Below, one piece after another: positions 55,477 through 61,835 of a stretch of 61,835 nt of DNA (position 1 is its first letter; each line of letters starts with the position of its first letter). Source of the DNA: a virus (taxonomy: Duplodnaviria > Caudoviricetes); the IMG/VR virus record IMGVR_UViG_3300032291_002198, positions 1 to 61,835 of that record; one strand, 5' to 3'. A program made the position numbers and the translations under genes. The notes under the pieces are model-generated. The model was not told the DNA's origin. It saw only the letters and a program-made list of their open reading frames with translations, and did no database searches.

Positions 55477-57573
55477 ATGGCCGGATTAGTCGAAATAGAA
55501 GACGAGGTAATCGTCAACATTTGTTCCCAAGGAACGGCTGGGGACATTGTTGTCTATGGAGACCTGGCCATTCAGCTTCCCAAGAAGCCCAAAAAACAAG
55601 ACATTCTATTCCACGACCTTCCTAAGGAGCAGCAGATGTGGGAGCGCACTGAGCTCCCTGAAGAGCTCAGGAAGGTTAACTCCATGGAGGAGTGGATGAC
55701 GATGCCAGAAACCTTTAGAAAGAAGTACACACCTTACATTGCCCAGGAATATGAAAGACGAAGAAGTGGAGTTTGGTTCTTCAACAACGGAGTACCTACT
55801 TACATCACCGGAAACCATTACTTTTTTCTGCAGTGGGCCAAGATTGACGTGGGGTACCCATCTTACCTTGAGTTTCAACGTCAGCTATTCATACACCTAG
55901 AGGCCTGTAACGTAGACCCTCGCTCACTTGGGCAGGTGTACGTGAAGTGTCGACGCTCTGGATACACCAACATGAGCGCCTCAACCCTCATAAATGAGGC
56001 TACCCAGGTGAAAGAAAGGCTGTTGGGTATCATGTCCAAGACAGGAGGTGACGCCCAGGAGAACATCTTCATGAAGAAGGTGCTTCCAATCTACAAGTCG
56101 CTGCCTTTTTTCTTCAAGCCCATCCAGGATGGTACCACAAATCCACGGATGGAGCTTGCTTTCCGTGAGCCATCCAAGCGAATCACCAAGAATAACAAGA
56201 CATCGCAGCGCGGAGACGCCCTGAACACGGTAATCAACTGGAAAAACACCACCAACAACGCCTATGACGGTGAAAAACTGCACATCTTGTACCTTGATGA
56301 GGCTGGAAAGTGGGAAAAACCGACCGATATCAGGGAATCTTGGCGTATTCACCGTACCTGTCTGCTTGTTGGTCGTAAAATCGTGGGCAAAGCCATAGTT
56401 GGTTCTACGGTAAACCCGCTCGATAGGGGTGGCCGCCAGTTTCGTGACCTATACGACTCAAGCAACCCCAAGGAGCGCAACGAAAACGGACGCACAAAGA
56501 GCGGGCTTTACTCAATCTTCATCCCGGCGTACGAAGCCATGGAGGGCTTCTTTGACAAGTATGGATATCCCATAGTGGAAGACCCAGAAACGCCAATTTT
56601 TGGCATAGAGGGAGAGCCAATAAGCATAGGAGCCAAGACGTTTTTGAAGAACGAGAGAAAGGCCCTGGCCAGCGACAGCTATGAGCTTAACGAAGTCATC
56701 CGTCAGTTCCCATTCACCACCGCAGAGGCCTTCCGTGACAGCGCAAAGTCGTCGGTCTTCAACGTCCAGAAGATATACGAGCAAATCCAATACAACCAGG
56801 AGCTGTATCCAAACCCAGTGCTTGTTGGAAACTTCGTATGGAAAGACGGAAAGCAGGACACAGAGGTATATTTCAAGCCTGACGCAAATGGAAGGTGGCG
56901 AGTTACGTGGATGCCACCATTTGAGCTGCGAAATAAGCCGGGACCACAGAACGATTGGCTCGGAGTCGGCGGAGTTGACTCCTATGACATTGACGCTACC
57001 ATAGATGGCCGCGGCTCTAAGGGCGCGTGCCATCTGTACAACAAATTCAATCTTCAGTACCCCGCAAATATGTTCGTTGCGGAGTATGCTTCCCGCCCAC
57101 CGCTTGCTAAAATCTTCTATGAGGACGTGCTGATGGCGGCCAAGTTTTACGGATATAGTTTGCTGATAGAGAACAACAAGTACGGTATCGCTCGCTACTT
57201 TGAGCAGCGAGGATACGATAACTATCTGATGAACAGGCCAGAACACTTGGGTTCTGGATATGGCGGAGGCACAAAGACAAAGGGAATTCCTTCAAACTCG
57301 CAGGACATTATCCAAGCTCACGCCCAGGCTATCGAGGCGTTCATCCATTCGCACGTTGGCCTAAATGAAGAAAGCTTAGAATTCGGAAAGATGTACTTTG
57401 AAAGAACCCTCGAGGATTGGATTAACTTCAAGGTAGATGACCGTACTGCATTTGACTTGTCCATTTCCAGTGGCTTAGCTCTGTTGGCTGCGCAGGGAGC
57501 TACGGTCAAAAAGGAAAAGGCTGACTTCAATCTCAAGAAATTCTTCAGGCCTGGTCGGGTCATCATACGCTGA
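55477..57573 (+). CDS. terL: Terminase large subunit
   Basis: Walker A KCRRSGYT, Walker B LYLDEAGK, GST; nuclease GVDSYD, IENN and D..ISSGL. Confidence 0.92.
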   Translation: MAGLVEIEDEVIVNICSQGTAGDIVVYGDLAIQLPKKPKKQDILFHDLPKEQQMWERTELPEELRKVNSMEEWMTMPETFRKKYTPYIAQEYERRRSGVWFFNNGVPTYITGNHYFFLQWAKIDVGYPSYLEFQRQLFIHLEACNVDPRSLGQVYVKCRRSGYTNMSASTLINEATQVKERLLGIMSKTGGDAQENIFMKKVLPIYKSLPFFFKPIQDGTTNPRMELAFREPSKRITKNNKTSQRGDALNTVINWKNTTNNAYDGEKLHILYLDEAGKWEKPTDIRESWRIHRTCLLVGRKIVGKAIVGSTVNPLDRGGRQFRDLYDSSNPKERNENGRTKSGLYSIFIPAYEAMEGFFDKYGYPIVEDPETPIFGIEGEPISIGAKTFLKNERKALASDSYELNEVIRQFPFTTAEAFRDSAKSSVFNVQKIYEQIQYNQELYPNPVLVGNFVWKDGKQDTEVYFKPDANGRWRVTWMPPFELRNKPGPQNDWLGVGGVDSYDIDATIDGRGSKGACHLYNKFNLQYPANMFVAEYASRPPLAKIFYEDVLMAAKFYGYSLLIENNKYGIARYFEQRGYDNYLMNRPEHLGSGYGGGTKTKGIPSNSQDIIQAHAQAIEAFIHSHVGLNEESLEFGKMYFERTLEDWINFKVDDRTAFDLSISSGLALLAAQGATVKKEKADFNLKKFFRPGRVIIR

Positions 57574-57605
57574 ATCAAATAAGTATATTTGCATATTAGC
57601 CCGCA

Positions 57606-60047
57606 GTGGATATGCAAAGAGATTATACAGCAAAAGGCCAATCTACCTTTCCCGACCCGCTAGCGAGTACGGAAGAAAAAATGTCGCAAAGCTATGGCCT
57701 TCAGTATGCAAAGGCCATGTACGCACAGTGGATTGGTGTTGACTACAACAACTCACTATATGGTCGTAGGTTCAATGAAATGCAGAACAACCGCGACTAT
57801 GCACAAGGAACTCAGGATACGTCAATCTACCGACAGATTCTCAGCTCCTTGGATGCAAACAACGGAGACGGAACGATGCTTACGCTGGACTACACTCCCG
57901 TTCCCATCATCCCGAAGTTCGTTCGCATTGTAGTAAACAAGATTCTGTCGCGCAAGCCGTACCCTCAGGTACAAGCCGTTGACCCCCTTTCTCGTAGCGA
58001 GAAGGACAAGAAAAAGAATGTCGCTATTCTGCACATTGAAAACAAGGATATTCTTCAAGAGGCAAAAGCCCTTGGTCTCCCCGTTAAAGTAGACCCGGAT
58101 GCGCTTCCAGATACTCCAGAAGAAACGGAAATCTTCTTGGATACCAATGTCAAAACTGACGCAGAAATCGCAGCACAGCTAGCCACGGAGATGACTCTTA
58201 CGTGGAATGACTTTGACGACGCCATCTACCGTCGCTGCGTTGAGGATTTGGTTAACTGTGGTATGGCTGTTACCAAGCGTACCAACGACCCGAACTACGG
58301 AATTCGTGAGCAATACGTAGACCCAGCATACTTCATTCACAACTATACTGATGACCCCAATATGACGGAGCTGACCTACGCTGGTCACTTCCGCACGGTC
58401 ACCATCATGGAGCTCAAGCGATTGGCTGGGAACCAGTTCACCGAAGAGCAGTACCAGCAGATTGCTCAGACGGTTATGAATCGCTACGGGAATGACCCGT
58501 TGCGCTACGCTACTCAGGGGTACAACTACGAAACCATCAACAACCGCTATCGCTACGGATACGACGAGTACAAGGTGCAAATCATGGACTTTGAGTTCAT
58601 GTCTGTTGACGATATCATCTTTGAAAAGAAAGAGTCCAAGTTTGGAAACATTGGATTCTACTACAAGGGTCATGAGTACAATGCCCCGCAGCAATCAGTA
58701 TTTGACCGTGAGGCAGTATACATGAGGAATGCCACCGTATACGGAGGCATATTCGTTATTGGAACTGAGCTGATGTTCAACTACGGAGTTCAGAAGAATA
58801 TCCCGAAAAACGTACACGACATCTCTCGTGCTCGCCTTTCATACTCTTGCGTAGCCACGAATCTACGTGGCATGATTCCCAAGTCTATGGTGTCAAGCAT
58901 CATCGGCTTTGGCGATATGCTGCAAATCACTCACTTGAAGATTCAGCAGTCAATCGCTAAGGCTAAGCCTGATGGTCTCATCATTGACATCGAAGGACTT
59001 GAGAACGTACAACTCGGACGCGGTGGTGAACTGCAACCTCTGGAGATTCAAGATATCTACGAGCAGACTGGTGTATTCTACTACCGCTCAAAGAATCCAG
59101 AGGGCGGGTTCCAAAACCCGCCTGTCCGCGAAATCGGAAACTCCATCCGAAACATTGAGCAGTTGGTTGGAATCTACAACCACTACTTGCGCATGATTCG
59201 CGATGCTACGGGAATCAATGAAGTTGTTGACGCGAGCACGCCTAAAGCAGACGCTCTTGTTGGTGTTCGCGAGCAGGCTATTGCTGCTTCTAACAATGCT
59301 ACCTACGACATCACTCATGCTGCCCAGGTACTATACAAGAAGGTATGCGAGGACATCGTTAAGTGCCTTCAGGTGATTCCGCCGAAGAGCATCATCTACA
59401 AGTCCTACACCAATGCGATAGGAGAAACCAACATGGCTGTCCTTACGTCGTTTGACAATCTGTCGATGTACAACTTTGGTGTCATCGTGATGGGGGAGAT
59501 GGACGACCGCGCTAAGATTTACCTTGAGCAGAACATCAACATGGCCCTTTCTCAGAAGGAGATTGACCTTGAAGATGCAATCGCTATCCGACAGCTAAGA
59601 GACCCAGAGCAAGCAGAGCGCTTGCTTGTCGTACGCCGTAAGAAGCGTATGCGTCAGCGCATGGATGAGGCAGCTCAGCAAGCCCAGCTTCAGGCTGATT
59701 CCAACGCTCAGGCTGCCCAAGTAGCCTCTCAAGCAGAGATTCAAGCAGAGCAGATAAAAGCTCAGCTTGAAGCTCAGAAGATTCAGTTGGAGACGCAATC
59801 AAAGGCTGAGCTTATGGGACTTCAGCACACATACGATATGGAACTACAGCGCCTCAAGAACGAGGCTGTTGTGGGCTCTCAGGTCGTGCGTGGTCAGGTT
59901 CAAGAGACTACTGACATGATGAAGGAAAATCGTAAAGATGCCCGAATCAATAAGCAAGCAGAGGCTCAGTCTAAGTTGATTTCTCAGCGCCAAGGAGAGG
60001 CTCCGTCGTTTCAGCCCAGCCTAATGGATGCTCTAACTAATCAATAA
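57606..60047 (+). CDS. Portal protein
   Basis: Follows TerL; LDYTPVPIIPKFV, IRDATGINE and a Gln-rich coiled C-terminus; TATATTTG promoter at 57584; alternative ATG at 57612. Confidence 0.85.
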   Translation: MDMQRDYTAKGQSTFPDPLASTEEKMSQSYGLQYAKAMYAQWIGVDYNNSLYGRRFNEMQNNRDYAQGTQDTSIYRQILSSLDANNGDGTMLTLDYTPVPIIPKFVRIVVNKILSRKPYPQVQAVDPLSRSEKDKKKNVAILHIENKDILQEAKALGLPVKVDPDALPDTPEETEIFLDTNVKTDAEIAAQLATEMTLTWNDFDDAIYRRCVEDLVNCGMAVTKRTNDPNYGIREQYVDPAYFIHNYTDDPNMTELTYAGHFRTVTIMELKRLAGNQFTEEQYQQIAQTVMNRYGNDPLRYATQGYNYETINNRYRYGYDEYKVQIMDFEFMSVDDIIFEKKESKFGNIGFYYKGHEYNAPQQSVFDREAVYMRNATVYGGIFVIGTELMFNYGVQKNIPKNVHDISRARLSYSCVATNLRGMIPKSMVSSIIGFGDMLQITHLKIQQSIAKAKPDGLIIDIEGLENVQLGRGGELQPLEIQDIYEQTGVFYYRSKNPEGGFQNPPVREIGNSIRNIEQLVGIYNHYLRMIRDATGINEVVDASTPKADALVGVREQAIAASNNATYDITHAAQVLYKKVCEDIVKCLQVIPPKSIIYKSYTNAIGETNMAVLTSFDNLSMYNFGVIVMGEMDDRAKIYLEQNINMALSQKEIDLEDAIAIRQLRDPEQAERLLVVRRKKRMRQRMDEAAQQAQLQADSNAQAAQVASQAEIQAEQIKAQLEAQKIQLETQSKAELMGLQHTYDMELQRLKNEAVVGSQVVRGQVQETTDMMKENRKDARINKQAEAQSKLISQRQGEAPSFQPSLMDALTNQ

Positions 60048-60056
60048 ATTTGCAAT

Positions 60057-60440
60057 ATGTCCTGTTGTACCGTAACTCCTACTGCAGTTGTAAGCATAGC
60101 AACTAGAGTTGACATTGTATGTTGGCGAGGTGACACATTTGTGCTTACTGCTACCATTGCTGATGCAAATGGTAACGCTGTTGACCTGAGTGTTTACACT
60201 TGGAAAATGGAGGTGCGAGAATACGACAATGGCCCGCTAGTTATTACTAGTTCAAACATCACCGTTACTGGAACAAGTCTTGGTGTTCTTACCGTCACCA
60301 TTAGTTCTACGAATATGCTTGTAAACGCAGGAACTTACGTCTATGAAATTCAAGCTACAAACCCAACACCTAACCCAGATACCGTGACTACATACTTGTA
60401 TGGTCAATTCACTGTAACTCAAGATATTGCTGCAAACTAA
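60057..60440 (+). CDS. BppU-N/Ig-like fibre-anchoring protein
   Basis: [18 protein letters not shown] and YLYGQFTV; directly upstream of the collagen gene. Confidence 0.65.
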   Translation: MSCCTVTPTAVVSIATRVDIVCWRGDTFVLTATIADANGNAVDLSVYTWKMEVREYDNGPLVITSSNITVTGTSLGVLTVTISSTNMLVNAGTYVYEIQATNPTPNPDTVTTYLYGQFTVTQDIAAN

Positions 60441-60441
60441 C

Positions 60442-61835
60442 ATGGCTGGAGAAGTTGATATTACCCTACCTGGACCCCTCGTTGTAGAGATTACTAACAC
60501 TGGAGTTCAACAGCTCCCCGGTTCAAAAGGAACCAAGGGAGCAAAAGGAACTCCTGGTGGTGCATCTGCAAAGGGAGACAAAGGAAATACTGGTGCTACT
60601 GGTCCTACTGGCCCTCAGGGAGCCACTGGTCCCACTGGTGCAACTGGACCAAAAGGCTCTGATGGTCCTACTGGTCCTACTGGACCTACCGGCTCTAAAG
60701 GAGCTACTGGAGCTCAGGGTCCTACTGGTCCTACTGGACCAAAAGGTTCTGATGGTCCTACTGGTCCTACTGGACCTACCGGCTCTAAAGGCGATACTGG
60801 AGCTCAGGGCCCAACTGGTCCTACTGGACCAAAAGGTTCTGATGGTGCAGCTGGACCAAAAGGAGACCAAGGCCCTAAAGGGGCCACTGGTCCCGCTGGA
60901 GACAAAGGACAAAAAGGACTAGGAGATAAAGGACAAAAAGGCCGTGACGGTTCTGCTGGACCTAAAGGCGAAGTCGGACCCAAGGGTACAGCCGGAACCA
61001 ATGGTGACAAAGGAAATAAAGGCGAACTCGGTACTAAAGGTCAAAAGGGCCGAGACGGAAACAAAGGCGCTCAAGGACCCAAAGGTGACCAAGGTCCCAA
61101 GGGAGAAGTAGGGCCTAAAGGAAGCACTGGAGCCCAAGGAGACAAAGGAGATAAGGGCATCGGAGAAAAGGGTGAAAAGGGCCGAGACGGACAGCTAGGA
61201 CCCAAGGGAGACGTTGGTCCAAAAGGCGACCAAGGCCCTAAAGGCTCACAAGGAAACACTGGTCCCACTGGAGACAAAGGAAACAAAGGTGAGCTTGGAA
61301 CCAAGGGCGATAAGGGTCGTGACGGCAACAAGGGAGCCCACGGACCTAAGGGAGACCAAGGTCCGAAAGGAGAAGTAGGCCCGAAAGGAAATACTGGAGC
61401 CCAAGGAGACAAGGGTGAAAAAGGAATTGGAGAGAAAGGTCAAAAGGGCCGAGACGGACAACTAGGTCCAAAAGGAGAGGTTGGTCCAAAAGGTGACCAG
61501 GGAACCAAAGGCTCTCAGGGAAATACAGGTCCAACTGGCGATAAAGGAACTAAAGGAGACTTTGGCGACAAAGGCGATAAGGGCCGCGATGGCAATAAGG
61601 GAGCTCAAGGTCCAAAAGGTGAAGTTGGTCCCAAGGGAGAGGTTGGTCCAAAAGGTGAAGTCGGACCAAAGGGTGACACTGGCGCAAAAGGCTCACAGGG
61701 CAACACTGGCCCAACTGGAGACAAAGGAAACAAGGGCGACTTTGGCGATAAGGGCGACAAAGGTCGTGATGGCAATAAAGGAGCTCAAGGTCCTAAGGGA
61801 GACCAGGGACCAAAGGGCGACCAGGGACCTAAGGG
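60442..61835 (+). CDS. Giant collagen-like fibre protein, N-terminal part (3' partial; not in ORF track)
   Basis: ATG 60442, [35 protein letters not shown], then Gly-X-Y to the window end, in the same frame as 1..4053. Confidence 0.93.
   Translation, partial: MAGEVDITLPGPLVVEITNTGVQQLPGSKGTKGAKGTPGGASAKGDKGNTGATGPTGPQGATGPTGATGPKGSDGPTGPTGPTGSKGATGAQGPTGPTGPKGSDGPTGPTGPTGSKGDTGAQGPTGPTGPKGSDGAAGPKGDQGPKGATGPAGDKGQKGLGDKGQKGRDGSAGPKGEVGPKGTAGTNGDKGNKGELGTKGQKGRDGNKGAQGPKGDQGPKGEVGPKGSTGAQGDKGDKGIGEKGEKGRDGQLGPKGDVGPKGDQGPKGSQGNTGPTGDKGNKGELGTKGDKGRDGNKGAHGPKGDQGPKGEVGPKGNTGAQGDKGEKGIGEKGQKGRDGQLGPKGEVGPKGDQGTKGSQGNTGPTGDKGTKGDFGDKGDKGRDGNKGAQGPKGEVGPKGEVGPKGEVGPKGDTGAKGSQGNTGPTGDKGNKGDFGDKGDKGRDGNKGAQGPKGDQGPKGDQGPK

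Larger units (their letters stand above)
1..61835. mobile_element. Near-complete circularly permuted Bacteroidota podovirus-like phage genome
   Basis: Terminase, portal, capsid, tail, ejection, lysis and replication modules are all present; both ends lie in the same collagen reading frame; Bacteroidota-type TAnnTTTG promoters. Confidence 0.92.

Overview
The window looks like an essentially complete ~61 kb genome of a podovirus-like tailed phage infecting a Bacteroidota host. The evidence is TAnnTTTG -7 promoters in front of almost every operon, no obvious Shine-Dalgarno sites, and a terminase/portal/capsid/tail-stabilisation gene set of the kind seen in Bacteroidetes podoviruses. The contig is opened inside a giant collagen-like gene: 60442..61835 joins in frame to 1..4053, giving at least ~1,600 aa. 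The + strand carries packaging, head, tail, ejection and lysis genes (49-61.8 kb and 0-28.5 kb). The - strand (28.5-45.8 kb) carries replication, recombination and accessory genes: primase-helicase, SSAP, PD-(D/E)xK nuclease, DNA methyltransferase, an amidoligase/GATase/GGCT set, glycan-tailoring enzymes and tRNA-Tyr. I see no DNA polymerase, RNA polymerase or integrase. The standout is an operon directly after the Gly-X-Lys-rich collagen. It encodes a three-domain fusion of a GT4-like, a COLGALT/GT25-like and a PLOD lysyl-hydroxylase-like domain, flanked by two more 2OG-Fe(II) oxygenases, which suggests an animal-like collagen hydroxylation and glycosylation pathway in a bacteriophage. Other notable signals are three promoters with 11-bp-period TAAC arrays (pho-box-like architecture), a duplicated leader/tRNA/pseudoknot RNA cassette, and a free-standing peptide resembling the ribonucleotide reductase C-terminal redox tail. 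All family assignments come from motif recognition by eye and need HMM or structure confirmation.
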